A DNA stretch of 64,000 nucleotides, from the NCBI RefSeq assembly GCF_016026235.1, contig NZ_CP065613.1. One strand, written 5' to 3'. A program made the position numbers and the translations under genes. This DNA is from Escherichia coli. Its GTDB lineage: Bacteria > Pseudomonadota > Gammaproteobacteria > Enterobacterales > Enterobacteriaceae. The notes beneath the pieces were generated by a model. That model ran no database searches, was not told where the DNA came from, and saw only the letters and a list, made by a program, of their open reading frames with translations. Below are positions 35,177 through 46,700 of the stretch, in pieces (the stretch's first letter is position 1; every line of letters begins with the position of its first letter).

Positions 35177-36834
35177 CCGATACTCCAGAAGAGCACCGCC
35201 AGTAATTGGGGGGTGATAATGCGCAGGAACATCACTAACGGATAGACAGTGGCGTAAGAGAGCGCCGCCGCACCGCTAGTTGGATGAAGATTATTAGCAA
35301 ACGCCAGCGCCGGAGGATCGGTCATGGAACCTGCCAGCATCCCGCACATGGTCAGGTAATTCATTTTGGCTAACATCCGCGCCAGAATGCCAACAGTAAT
35401 CAGCGGAACGGCGGTGATCAGGGCACCATAACCAATCCAGCTTAGCCCTTCGCCATTGACCAGGGTATTCACAAAATCCCCACCAGATTTCAGACCAACG
35501 ACCGAGAGGAACAGCACGATCCCCAGCTCCCGCAGCGCGAGGTTGGCACTTGGCGGCATAAACCAGTACAGCTTGCCGATACTGCCGATACGCCCGAGGA
35601 TCAACGCCATAATCAGCGGACCGCCCGCCAGCCCCAGTTTCAACGCGGCCGGGAATCCCGGCACAAAGACGGGAATAGAACCTAACAATACGCCTAGCCC
35701 GATGCCAATAAACACTGGCAGCATCTGAACCTGTTGCAGTTTTTGCTGCGCATTCCCCAGCACATTGGCAACGGCATCAATTGCGGACGGACGCCCCACC
35801 AGATTGAGGATATCGCCGAACTGCAGGCTGATATCGCCACTGGCGACCAGTTCGACCCCGGCACGGTTCAGGCGCGAGATAACAACGTCATAGCGTTCTT
35901 TAAAGTGCAGGTCGCGAATACGTTTTCCGAGCACGTTTTCATTGGTGACCACCACACGCTCGACGCGCAAATCAGTGCCTTTCGTAGACAGCGAGGTATC
36001 AACCTCCTGACCAATCACCAGTTGCGCATTATGTAAATCCGCTGGCTGCCCCACCAGATGCAGCAAATCGCCCAGTTGGATAATGGTATCTGGCGAAGGA
36101 ACTTTTAGGGTTTCTTCGCGTTTCAGACGCGAGCAGATAATTTTGTCGCCGTTGAGAATCGGTACATCTTTAATGGCTAAATCATGCAGGTTAGGGTTCT
36201 CAACGCGAATATTGATAGTCCTGATCAGCGCGCCGCCATTGGTGCGTGAAGATTCGTGCTGCTGGGCTTCTGTCTCGACATTGACGCGGAAAATAACCCG
36301 CAACATCCACATGGTGAACAAAATCCCGCAAATGCCGAATGGATACGCCATCGCGTAACTCATCCCCATCTGATCGACCATTTCCATTGGTGTACCCAGG
36401 TCGCGCAAGATCTGCTGCCCTGCCCCCAGCGCTGGCGTATTGGTTACCGCACCGGAGAAAATCCCCAGCACTACCGGCAGTGGAATATCAAACAGTTTAT
36501 GCAGGATGGCGGTAACCAGACCACCGATGATGACGATCAGAACAGCAAACAGGTTGAGGCGTAATCCGGAGACGCGCAATGAGGCAAAGAAGCCCGGCCC
36601 TACCTGAATCCCGATAGTATAAACGAACAGGATCAGGCCAAATTCCTGAATAACATGCAGCATATCGCTACTTAATGTCATCCCCGCCTGAGAAACAAAA
36701 TGGCCGACGATGATCCCACCAAACAGCACGCCGCCAATACCTAATCCTATGCCGCGAAATTTGACGTTGCCGATAAACAAACCGACGACTGCCACCAAAG
36801 CCAAAATACTGACCGTTAATGCTATATCACTCAT
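35173..36834 (-). CDS. yidE: AAE-family transporter with TrkA-C domains
   Basis: 553 aa from MSDIALTVS...; recognised as YidE. Confidence 0.85.
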
Positions 36835-36987
36835 CGTCCATTTCTCTTGAGATAACATTTTAATTGCTACGGATTATGGCTGAATCGGTGAAGCAGATTT
36901 GCCTTATAGCGCACATTATCACGGGAAAGAACGTGCCGAAATATCTTAAACAGTCGAAATTTAACGCATTGTTGAAGAAGAAAGACA

Positions 36988-37015
36988 AAAAAAGCCCCAC
37001 CAGAATGGCGGGGCA
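36988..37015 (-). terminator. intrinsic terminator after ibpB
   Basis: Minus-strand hairpin GCCCCGCCATTCTGGTGGGGC followed by a T-run. Confidence 0.65.
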
Positions 37016-37029
37016 AAGAGAATAGCTAG

Positions 37030-37458
37030 TTAGCTATTTAACGCGGGACGTTCGCTGATAGCGATACGCTGCGCTGCGATGGGTTCAGGCTCGTTACGAA
37101 TTAAATCAATATGCAGTAAACCGTTTACGAAGGTTGCGCCAGAGACTTCCATATTTTCAGCCAGCGTAAAGCTCAGGCTAAATGGCTGATTCATAAGCCC
37201 TTGATGCAGCCATTTTTTCTCTTCTTTTGGCTGCTCCGGCGTGCCTTTTACGCTCAGGCGCGTACCTTCCAGTTGAATCTCTAAATCTTCCTGACGGAAA
37301 CCTGCCAGCGCAAGGGTAATGCGGTAGTGGTTATCGTCGCTTTTCTCAATGTTGTACGGCGGGAAGCTCTGACTTTCACCGGCGTTTTGCAGTGCGTTGG
37401 CCAGTTTGTCAAAACCGATCCATTGACGCATCAGTGGGGATAAATCGAAGTTACGCAT
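37030..37458 (-). CDS. ibpB: small heat-shock protein IbpB
   Basis: 142 aa from [20 protein letters not shown]...; alpha-crystallin domain. Confidence 0.9.
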
Positions 37459-37569
37459 AGTCATTTCTCCTTCTAAGAAGCGAGTAAGTACCTGCAAATC
37501 CGAAGATTCGCATATGCTCCCTGACGGCGAGCATGGAGATGTCAGGCCGCGCAAGGCGGCCTTAGGGAA

Positions 37570-37983
37570 TTAGTTGATTTCGATACGGCGCGGTTTTTTC
37601 GCTTCCGGAATCACGCGTTCGAGATCGATATACAGCAAACCATTTACCAGGTTAGCGCCACGAACATGAATGTTCTCAGCTAACTGGAATTTGCGTTCAA
37701 AGTTGCGTTCAGCGATGCCCTGGTACAGATAGGTGCGCTCTTTTTGTTCGTCGGCGTGAGCACCTTTCACCACCAGAAGATTATCCTGGGCGGTAATTTC
37801 CAGTTCGCTCTCAGCAAAACCAGCCACAGCGATAGCAATGCGGTAATGGTTTTCGTCTACCAGTTCAACGTTATACGGAGGATAGCCGCCATTACTCTGG
37901 CTCTGGTTGTTTTCTAAGTGGTTAAACAAACGGTCAAATCCAATAGCAGAACGGTAAAGCGGGGATAAATCAAAGTTACGCAT
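37570..37983 (-). CDS. ibpA: small heat-shock protein IbpA
   Basis: 137 aa from [20 protein letters not shown]... Confidence 0.9.
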
Positions 37984-38078
37984 AATCAATAGCTCCTGAA
38001 ATCAGCGAGAATGTAAGACCTTCCACAATGGACAGGTCAGGTAGCCAGAACACCCATCAGGCGCGTCCTCATCGGCTA
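37984..38078 (-). promoter_or_regulatory. ibpA 5' UTR (~100 nt), reported site of a ROSE-like RNA thermometer
   Basis: Long leader between the sigma-32 promoter and the start codon with the SD inside a predicted stem; the fold was not computed. Confidence 0.45.
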
Positions 38079-38084
38079 CGATGT

Positions 38085-38114
38085 AAAAATGGGTCTGGAA
38101 ATGAACTTTTCAAG
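38085..38114 (-). promoter_or_regulatory. sigma-32 heat-shock promoter of ibpAB
   Basis: Minus strand reads CTTGAAA-14 nt-CCCATTTTT, matching sigma-32 consensus CTTGAAA / CCCCATnT. Confidence 0.65.
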
Positions 38115-38288
38115 CCTTATCAGCGGACTTTTTTTTGCAGTTTATGGTCTATTGCATAGACTGAGGGGGCAGCACGAAACGTTAAAGTGCGATAGCCGCC
38201 ACAGAGCGACGTAATGATGATGTTATTTTCAGCAAGGGATCGCTATAACTCATCAGGCCAACACCCACGATCAACAGATGAATTTATT

Positions 38289-38621
38289 ATGATAAGAAAT
38301 GTGTTGTTAGCGTTCATGATATGCAGTGGAATGGCATTACTCGGAGGATGCTCCAGCGTGATGTCCCATACCGGAGGGAAAGAAGGAACGTATCCCGGCA
38401 CCCGCGCCAGCGCCACCATGATTGGCGATGATGAAACCAACTGGGGCACTAAGTCGCTGGCGATTCTCGATATGCCGTTTACCGCTGTGATGGACACGCT
38501 TTTACTACCGTGGGATGTGTTCCGCAAAGACAGCTCGGTGCGCTCACGCGTTGAAAAAAGCGAAGCCAACGCGCAAGCCACCAATGCGGTTATTCCACCG
38601 GCCAGAATGCCTGATAACTGA
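38289..38621 (+). CDS. yidQ: small lipoprotein of unknown function
   Basis: 110 aa from MIRNVLLAFMICSGMALLGGCSS (lipobox LLGGC). Confidence 0.8.
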   Translation: MIRNVLLAFMICSGMALLGGCSSVMSHTGGKEGTYPGTRASATMIGDDETNWGTKSLAILDMPFTAVMDTLLLPWDVFRKDSSVRSRVEKSEANAQATNAVIPPARMPDN

Positions 38622-38622
38622 T

Positions 38623-39870
38623 TTAGCGATCAGTTTCGGTGATCCACAGCTGGCCGCCTTCCATCCACGCCAACCACTGACCATCCGGCGAGAAGACCAC
38701 GGCGTCCGCAGAAGGTGGATTGGCGTGGTTTTCGGTTAAATACTCAACCTCGCCGCTTTGCGCATGGGCACAAGCAATTCGATTATCCAGCACAAAGCCC
38801 AACCATTCTCCTGACGGATGCCAGTTAAATACAGACTGAATATCCGTTTTGTTATGGGTTAACTGGCGCGGCTCGCCGCCCTGTGGCGAGATAAGCCACA
38901 GTTGCACAATGCCGTTATCATCACGCATTAAAAACGCGATTTGCGTACCCTGCGGATTACAGCGCACCCAGTGGCGCGGGACGTTGACTAACCCCGGATA
39001 AGCCCGATGGTGGGTAAAGGTTAAACGTCGCTGCACGACGCCACGCGGTGGCGCGGGCAGGGTGGTTTCCGTTCCACTTAACGGCGCATCACCTGCCGCT
39101 TTCCAGCCCGCTTCATCTTGCGGCAACTCAACGATAAACAGCTCCGGCACTTTCTCACCCTTTGGCGAAAGTGTGTCGCCAATAAACGCCAGCGCGTGAT
39201 TTCCTACCCATCCTTCTTCATAAGCACGATTGATTTCATCACTGCCAGGCTGCGGCGTGGGCGTGGTTTTACTCACCAGCACACACCAGTGGCTGCCGCT
39301 GTATTCACGCGGATGCTGCTTTTGTACGTTGACCGGACCAAACGGCGCAGCAACACCGACGTTTCGCAAATCCAGCGCCGGATCGAGTTCATGCATTACA
39401 TGGTCGTTATAGGTAAAGCTCACCCTTTCACCGTTCGGGCTAAAGACATGCACATGGCTGCCGCCGCGCAGCGCTCCTGGCGTATACGGCGCGGTAATAT
39501 CCATTGCATCGAGATTGCTCACCTTGCCGCCTTCAGCAATGACTCCGCGCCGATGATGGAAGTCGTAATGCCATGTTTCATCAGGATTTTCCGGGCCGTG
39601 AATAAAGACATATTTCTCTGACTTCGGATGAACGGTCACCACGCCGACGTGTGCGCCCTGTGACGCACAGTAGATAACCTCGACCTCACCGGTATGGATA
39701 TTCACACGCTCAATGGTCTCGCCGGTAAACGACGCCCCAGAAGGACGCACGTCAAATACCAGCCACTGGCTGTCGGGCGTCCAGGTATTGGTATTGGTGA
39801 GCAGATGATTACGGGGAGCAAAGGTTATCTGTTTCATGGCGCGGTCCTGATACAAAACGGGTCCAGCCAT
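38623..39870 (-). CDS. yidR: protein of unknown function (DUF3748)
   Basis: 415/416 aa; start is one of two adjacent Met codons. Confidence 0.75.
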   Translation of the reverse strand: MAGPVLYQDRAMKQITFAPRNHLLTNTNTWTPDSQWLVFDVRPSGASFTGETIERVNIHTGEVEVIYCASQGAHVGVVTVHPKSEKYVFIHGPENPDETWHYDFHHRRGVIAEGGKVSNLDAMDITAPYTPGALRGGSHVHVFSPNGERVSFTYNDHVMHELDPALDLRNVGVAAPFGPVNVQKQHPREYSGSHWCVLVSKTTPTPQPGSDEINRAYEEGWVGNHALAFIGDTLSPKGEKVPELFIVELPQDEAGWKAAGDAPLSGTETTLPAPPRGVVQRRLTFTHHRAYPGLVNVPRHWVRCNPQGTQIAFLMRDDNGIVQLWLISPQGGEPRQLTHNKTDIQSVFNWHPSGEWLGFVLDNRIACAHAQSGEVEYLTENHANPPSADAVVFSPDGQWLAWMEGGQLWITETDR

Positions 39871-39937
39871 CATACTTCACAAGGACTTCACTTTCAGACA
39901 ATAGTCTTTTGCCATCGTGATGAATGTGAGTGAAAAG

Positions 39938-41002
39938 ATGGAACATTTCGACGTGGCGATTATTGGCCTCGGCCCGGCAGGGTCGGCGTTGGCACGAAAG
40001 TTAGCCGGCAAAATGCAGGTGATCGCGCTGGATAAAAAGCACCAGCATGGTACTGAAGGTTTCAGCAAACCTTGTGGCGGTCTGCTGGCACCGGACGCGC
40101 AGCGATCTTTTATTCGCGATGGGCTGACGCTTCCTGTCGATGTGATCGCTAATCCGCAGATTTTCAGCGTCAAAACCGTCGACGTCGCCGCATCGCTCAC
40201 GCGTAACTACCAGCGAAGCTATATCAATATTAATCGCCATGCTTTCGACTTGTGGATGAAATCGCTGATCCCCGCCAGCGTTGAGGTTTATCACGACAGC
40301 CTGTGTCGAAAAATCTGGCGTGAGGATGATAAATGGCATGTCATTTTTCGTGCAGACGGTTGGGAGCAGCATATTACCGCCCGCTATCTGGTCGGTGCCG
40401 ATGGTGCCAACTCGATGGTGCGGCGACATCTCTACCCGGATCATCAAATCCGTAAATATGTCGCAATCCAGCAGTGGTTCGCAGAGAAACATCCGGTGCC
40501 GTTCTACTCCTGCATCTTTGATAATGCGATAACTGACTGTTACTCATGGAGTATCAGCAAAGACGGTTATTTTATCTTTGGCGGTGCCTATCCAATGAAA
40601 GACGGTCAGACGCGTTTCGCGACGCTGAAAGAGAAAATGAGCGCCTTTCAGTTCCAGTTTGGTAAGGCGGTGAAAAGCGAAAAATGCACGGTGCTGTTTC
40701 CCTCACGCTGGCAGGATTTTGTCTGCGGTAAGGACAACGCCTTTCTGATTGGTGAAGCGGCGGGATTTATCAGCGCCAGTTCGCTGGAGGGGATTAGCTA
40801 TGCGCTGGATAGCGCAGAGATTCTGCGTTCGGTGTTACTGAAGCAGCCGGAGAAGAGCAACGCCGCCTACTGGCGCGCCACCCGCAAACTGCGTTTAAAA
40901 CTCTTCGGTAAGATAGTAAAAAGCCGATGCCTGACCGCACCGGCTTTAAGAAAGTGGATTATGCGCAGTGGTGTGGCACATATTCCACAGTTGAAGGATT
41001 AG
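39938..41002 (+). CDS. cbrA: FAD-binding oxidoreductase-like protein (CreBC-regulated)
   Basis: 354 aa from [19 protein letters not shown] (Rossmann GxGxxG). Confidence 0.85.
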
Positions 41003-42291
41003 CCAACGCGCTTCACATCGCCCACCAGCAGGATATAAGAGAGCGCGCCAATCAACGCGACGGCGGAGATATAAACCAGTGCAGGTGCGAAACCGTAACC
41101 CTGCGCCAGGTACCCCACCACCAGCGGAACGGTGATGCCGCCCAGACCACCGGCGAAGTTAAATACGCCGCCGGTTAAACCAATCAGGCGCATCGGTGCC
41201 AGAGAAGAAACCAGCGACCAGGTAATCGAAGCAAAACCGTTACCGAAGAATGCCAGCGCCATCAGGCACATAATCATCATCGGATCGTTAGTGTAGTTAG
41301 CGCCCATAATGCAGGTGGAGATCAGCAAGCCGCAGATAATCGGCGTTTTACGCGCAAAGCCCAGTGAAAAGCCCTTACGTACCAGCAGATCCGCTACCCA
41401 GCCAGAGAGCAGGACGCCGACAAACGCCGCGAGGAATGGCACCGTGGTCATAAAGCCTGCTTTCAGCGCCGTGATTCCTTTTTCCTGGGTTAAATAGTTC
41501 GGGAACCAGGTTAAGAAAAACCACAGTGTAGAAGCCACCGCAAATTGCCCAAGATAAACGCCGATCAGTTTACGATGGAACACCAGTTTCCAGTCTTTGG
41601 CTGTTAACGGCTGACGCGCCTCTTTCTTCACCGGCGCATCACCATCCACCAGACCGCCGCCATCACGAATGTAATCCAGTTCAGCTTTGCTGATACCTTT
41701 GGTCAGGCGCGGCGGCTGATAAACCTTAAACCAAATCAGCGACCAGATAATGCCGATACCACCAGTGACAATGAACACCCAGTGCCAGCTCAACATCTCC
41801 TGAATCCAGATCAGCAGCGGAGTCAAAAACGCCAGACCGACAAACTGACCAGACGTATAAAAACCAACGGCGGAAGCGCGTTCATGTTCCGGGAACCAGC
41901 TGGTCACCATCCGGTTATTGGTCGGGAAAGCGGGCGCTTCGAAAATACCGGTTATCGCACGCAGACCAATTAATGACATTAATCCCGTGGCAAAGCCCTG
42001 GAATAAAGTCGCCACTGACCAACCAAATATCGCAATAAAATAAGTCACGCGAGAACCTACGCGATCTAAAAACCAACCGCCGGGGATCTGGCATAGCGTA
42101 TAAAGCCAGGCGAAGGCCGAAAATACATAGCCCATTTCCGCTTTCGTAATGCCGAACTCTTCCTGAATATGGGCGGAAGCCACGGCCAGGTTAGCGCGGT
42201 CAACATAACAAATGACCACCGTAATAAAGATCATCACCAGCGTCAGATAACGCCGACGCCCCGGCTTTGCTGCATTAACGGGAATATCCAT
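40999..42291 (-). CDS. dgoT: D-galactonate:H+ symporter (MFS)
   Basis: 430 aa from [16 protein letters not shown]... Confidence 0.9.
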
Positions 42292-42410
42292 AGCGAGCTT
42301 TCTCCAGATTTTGGGCATAGCGAAGCCGCTCACCATGCCCTGTAATTTACAGAGGGTTATATTTTTGTATTGCTGTTTTAGTGCCCGATGAGGGGCTTAC
42401 GTGGCAGGAA

Positions 42411-43559
42411 TTACCACTCTGCTACGCTGTTATCTTCATGACGCCAGAGCGGATTACGCCAGTCCGGGGCATTTTTACTGAACTCAATAACTTTAGCTTC
42501 GTCGATTTCCACACCTAAGCCCGGTTTCGTTAACGGTTTAAAGAAGCCGCCAACCATACTGAAGTCTTCTTTGTTTTTCACAAAGTCGAGTAACTCCGCG
42601 CCTTTGTTGTAATGAATGCCCATACTTTGTTCCTGAAGTACCGCGTTATAGGAAACAAAGTCGATATGCAGGCAAGCCGCCAGTGCAATCGGTCCGAGCG
42701 GACAGTGCGGCGCAAGGGTCACATCATAGGCTTCTGCCATTCCAGCAATTTTGTAGCATTCGGTAATACCGCCTGCATGGGAGAGATCCGGTTGCAGAAT
42801 CGAAATACCGCCTGCCTCCAGCACGCGTTTAAAATCGAAACGTGAGAACATGCGCTCACCCGCCGCCAGTGGAATATGCGTTTGTGCCGCCAATTTCGGG
42901 TAGTATTCGGCTTGTTCCGCCAGCACCGGCTCTTCAATAAACAGCGGGCGATACGGCTCCAGTTCTTTAATCAGCACTTTCGCCATTGGCGCGCTGACGC
43001 GACCGTGGAAATCAAGACCAAACTCAATCTGATTGCCAAAAGCTTCACGAATTTGTGCCACGGTGTTGACTGCCGCATCTACCGCGCGGGAGTTATCAAT
43101 TAGCCCCAGTTCTTCACAACCGTTCAGTTTGAAGGTATCGAAGCCGATTTCGCGCAGGGTTTTAATGCCGTCGATAACATCCGCCGGACGATCGCCGCCG
43201 ACCCAACTGTAGGCTTTAATTTTGTCGCGAACCAGGCCGCCCATCAGTTGCCAGACTGGCGCATTCAGCACTTTGCCTTTGATATCCCATAACGCCTGGT
43301 CGATCCCGGCGATGGCGCTCATCAGGATTGGACCGCCACGATAAAATCCGGCGCGATACATCACTTGCCATAAGTCGTTGATGCGCGAAGGATCCTGACC
43401 AATCAAATAGTCACCCAGCTCGTGAACTGCCGCTTCCACCGTACGGGCGCGGCCTTCAATCACGGGCTCGCCCCAACCGACCACGCCTTCATCGGTTTCA
43501 ATTTTCAGGAACATCCAGCGGGGAGGTAAACGATACGTGGTAATTTTGGTGATTTTCAT
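42411..43559 (-). CDS. dgoD: D-galactonate dehydratase (enolase superfamily)
   Basis: 382 aa; recognised as DgoD. Confidence 0.9.
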
Positions 43560-44173
43560 TGCACTGCCTCTCGATACGCCTTAACAAATGCTGCTGCCTG
43601 CTGCGCGGTGCGTTCTACGGACTGCCCGGCGCGATAGAGATCGCTGCCTAAGCCCGCCCCAGCACAACCTGCGTCTATCCACTGCGCCAGGTTTTCTGGC
43701 GTCACGCCGCCAACGGCAAAGACTGCGATGTCCGATGGCAATACCGCTTTTAACGCTTTGATGTATTGCGGACCAAAAGCCGATGACGGAAATATTTTCA
43801 GCGCCTGCGCGCCCGCTTCGAGCGCGGTAAAGGCTTCGGTCGCCGTCGCGCAGCCGGGGCAGACGGTCATGCCGTAGCCCACCGCACGGCGGATCACTTC
43901 ACTATGGATATTGGGCGTAACGATGAGCTGACAGCCCATCCTGGCGAGCGCATCGACCTGTTCAGGTTTCAGTACCGTACCTGCGCCAATCAACGCCTTG
44001 TCGCCATACGCATCAACGATGGCGGGAATGCTTTGCTCCCATTGTGGGGAATTCAGCGGGATTTCAACCGCGTCGAACCCGGCGTCAATCACCGCGCCAA
44101 CATGCGCCAGCGCCTCGTCGGGCTTAATGCCGCGCAAAATGGCGATCAGCGGAAGTTTAGTTTGCCACTGCAT
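43556..44173 (-). CDS. dgoA: 2-dehydro-3-deoxy-6-phosphogalactonate aldolase
   Basis: 205 aa; overlaps dgoD by 4 nt. Confidence 0.9.
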
Positions 44174-45035
44174 GAGCGATGCTCCTTATACCAGCCTGAA
44201 ATGCCGTGTCGCCCGCCACCGCCGTCACGTCGCAACCCATCGCCTGAAAGGCTTGCTGGTAGCGCGCGGTCAGCGATGTTCCGGCGACAAGGGTGATGGC
44301 GTGTTGATGGGTCACATAGTCGCGCATACTGGCAACCTCTGCGCCAATCAACAAACCAGAGAGAAATTCGCTGACCTGTTCGCGGGGAAGTGTTCCCAGC
44401 ACATGCGAGGCGCGAACTTCAAAAAGCTGCGGCAATATGGCGGGCGCATTAAGGCCGCGCTCAAGGCCAGCCGCGAAGGCATCGGCAGAGTTTTCCTGCG
44501 GCGGCAAACCTGCGCCAATCAATGAGTGATTTAACAGTAAATGATGTAATTCACCGGTCATCACGGTGCGAAAATCGTTGATTTGCTGGCTATCGGCCTG
44601 CACCCATTTGCAATGCGTACCGGGCATAACATAAAGAGAGGAAGGAGCCAGAGCTCGCGCGCCGATCAATTGTGTTTCTTCGCCGCGCATCACATTGTGG
44701 TTATCGTCATGAGAGACGCATAATCCGGGAATAATCCAGATATTGTCGCCAACAGACGTTAATTGTTCGCCAATAGACGAAAAACGGGCAGGAACAGATA
44801 AATACGGAGCAACTTTCCAGCCGACATTGCTGCCGACCATTCCTGCCATCACCACTGGCGTATTTTCTTCACGCCAGTCGGTCGTGACTTCTGCTAACAC
44901 CGCAGCCGGAGATTTTCCGTTCAGGCGCGTGACGCCTGCTTCTGATTGCCTGCTCTCCAGGCAGTGGTCGCCCTGATAAAGCCAGGCGCGCAGATTGGTC
45001 GATCCCCAGTCAATTGCGATGTAGCGAGCTGTCAT
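44157..45035 (-). CDS. dgoK: 2-dehydro-3-deoxygalactonokinase
   Basis: 292 aa; overlaps dgoA by 17 nt and dgoR by 4 nt. Confidence 0.9.
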   Translation of the reverse strand: MTARYIAIDWGSTNLRAWLYQGDHCLESRQSEAGVTRLNGKSPAAVLAEVTTDWREENTPVVMAGMVGSNVGWKVAPYLSVPARFSSIGEQLTSVGDNIWIIPGLCVSHDDNHNVMRGEETQLIGARALAPSSLYVMPGTHCKWVQADSQQINDFRTVMTGELHHLLLNHSLIGAGLPPQENSADAFAAGLERGLNAPAILPQLFEVRASHVLGTLPREQVSEFLSGLLIGAEVASMRDYVTHQHAITLVAGTSLTARYQQAFQAMGCDVTAVAGDTAFQAGIRSIAHAVAN

Positions 45036-45721
45036 GTGATTTCCTTTAACCTTCGTGTCGAGCTGGCGATCATGGTAAGCGCCGCCTGCTCTGCCGCATC
45101 GCCGTCCTGATGCCGTATTGCATCGAACAGCGCCTTATGTTCCTGGAGCGTTTGCGGCATGTTGGCCTCATCGCCCATCCAGGTTCGTTCAAAAACCGCC
45201 CGCTGCAACGAACTGATCGCAATGCTAAGTTGCTGTAACACCGGGTTATGTACCGACTGCAGCACCGCCTCGTGGTAGCGAATATCCGCTTCGTTAAACG
45301 CTTCGCGGTCCTGATTGTTGGCAATCATCTCGTTCAGCGCCGATTCAATCTGCGCCAGATCGCTGGAAGTCGCGCGCTCTGCTGCCCAACGGGCAATCGC
45401 CGGTTCCACCAGATTTCGCACTTCGCTCATGGCACTGATAAGCCGTGGGTCGTAGTCGTTTTCCAACACCCATTGCAGTACGTCAGTGTCGAGGTAATTC
45501 CACTGGTTACGCGGTGCCACAAACGCCCCGCGATAACGTTTCATTTCAATCAGCCGCTTCGCCATCAGCGAACGGAACACCTCACGGATGATGTTGCGCG
45601 AGGTTGCAAACTCTTCACAGAGCTCCGCCTCAGCCGGAAGTGGCGAGCCAGGTACGTATTTGCCGTGAACGATCTGTTTACCCAGCGTAATGACAATGCG
45701 ATCGGTTTTATTGAGAGTCAT
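45032..45721 (-). CDS. dgoR: GntR/FadR-family repressor of the dgo operon
   Basis: 229 aa with N-terminal GntR HTH. Confidence 0.9.
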   Translation of the reverse strand: MTLNKTDRIVITLGKQIVHGKYVPGSPLPAEAELCEEFATSRNIIREVFRSLMAKRLIEMKRYRGAFVAPRNQWNYLDTDVLQWVLENDYDPRLISAMSEVRNLVEPAIARWAAERATSSDLAQIESALNEMIANNQDREAFNEADIRYHEAVLQSVHNPVLQQLSIAISSLQRAVFERTWMGDEANMPQTLQEHKALFDAIRHQDGDAAEQAALTMIASSTRRLKEIT

Positions 45722-45786
45722 GGAGAGTCCTTGTGCTCTGTATGTTCTTCTCTACTTTACCCCGATCGATGCATAACGCGGCAACT

Positions 45787-45861
45787 TTGTAGTACCAGCG
45801 TGATGACGTTCGCGTTTGCCGTGTGCGTAATGTAGTACAAACTTATATTGTTGTACTACAA
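45787..45861. promoter_or_regulatory. dgo promoter/operator region with three TGTA-N-TACA-type motifs
   Basis: TTGTAGTACCA (45787-45797), ATGTAGTACAA (45830-45840), TTGTACTACAA (45850-45861); the last two cores are reverse complements of each other. Confidence 0.6.
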
Positions 45862-45998
45862 TTTAGATCACAAAAAGAACAATGCATAAAAAAATGACAT
45901 GCGTCGGGCAGAAATCTGAAAAGGGATATCAGGCGCTAAACAGGAGGGAAAGAAGAGTATGCTTTCAACGGCTTAGCTACTCGTTTAAAGGATTAATC

Positions 45999-46655
45999 AT
46001 GAAGTTGAATTTTAAGGGATTTTTTAAGGCTGCCGGTTTATTCCCACTGGCGCTGATGCTTTCAGGCTGTATCTCGTATGCTCTGGTTTCCCATACCGCA
46101 AAGGGTAGTTCAGGAAAGTATCAATCGCAGTCAGACACCATCACTGGGCTATCGCAGGCAAAAGATAGTAATGGAACAAAAGGCTATGTTTTTGTAGGGG
46201 AATCGCTGGATTACCTTATCACTGATGGTGCCGATGACATCGTTAAGATGCTCAATGATCCAGCACTTAACCGGCACAATATTCAGGTTGCCGATGACGC
46301 AAGATTTGTTTTAAATGCGGGGAAAAAGAAATTTACCGGCACAATATCGCTTTACTACTACTGGAATAACGAAGAAGAAAAGGCACTGGCAACGCATTAT
46401 GGTTTTGCCTGTGGTGTTCAACACTGTACCAGGTCACTGGAAAACCTAAAAGGCACAATCCATGAGAAAAATAAAAACATGGATTACTCAAAGGTGATGG
46501 CGTTCTACCATCCATTTAAAGTGCGATTTTATGAATACTATTCACCCAGAGGCATTCCGGATGGTGTTTCCGCAGCATTACTGCCAGTGACTGTTACGCT
46601 GGACATCATTACTGCACCGCTGCAATTTCTGGTTGTATATGCAGTAAACCAATAA
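45999..46655 (+). CDS. yidX: putative lipoprotein of unknown function
   Basis: 218 aa from [24 protein letters not shown] (lipobox). Confidence 0.75.
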
Positions 46656-46662
46656 TCAGTAA

Positions 46663-46693
46663 GCGGGCAAACGCGTTTATGCTGTTTGCCCGC
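46663..46693. terminator. bidirectional terminator between convergent yidX and yidA
   Basis: Hairpin GCGGGCAAACGCGTTTATGCTGTTTGCCCGC. Confidence 0.6.
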
Positions 46694-46700
46694 CCACAGA

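Noticed and set aside
39877-40200. 107-aa minus-strand ORF between yidR and cbrA.
   Set aside because: Almost entirely antisense to the well-supported cbrA 5' region; probably a shadow ORF.
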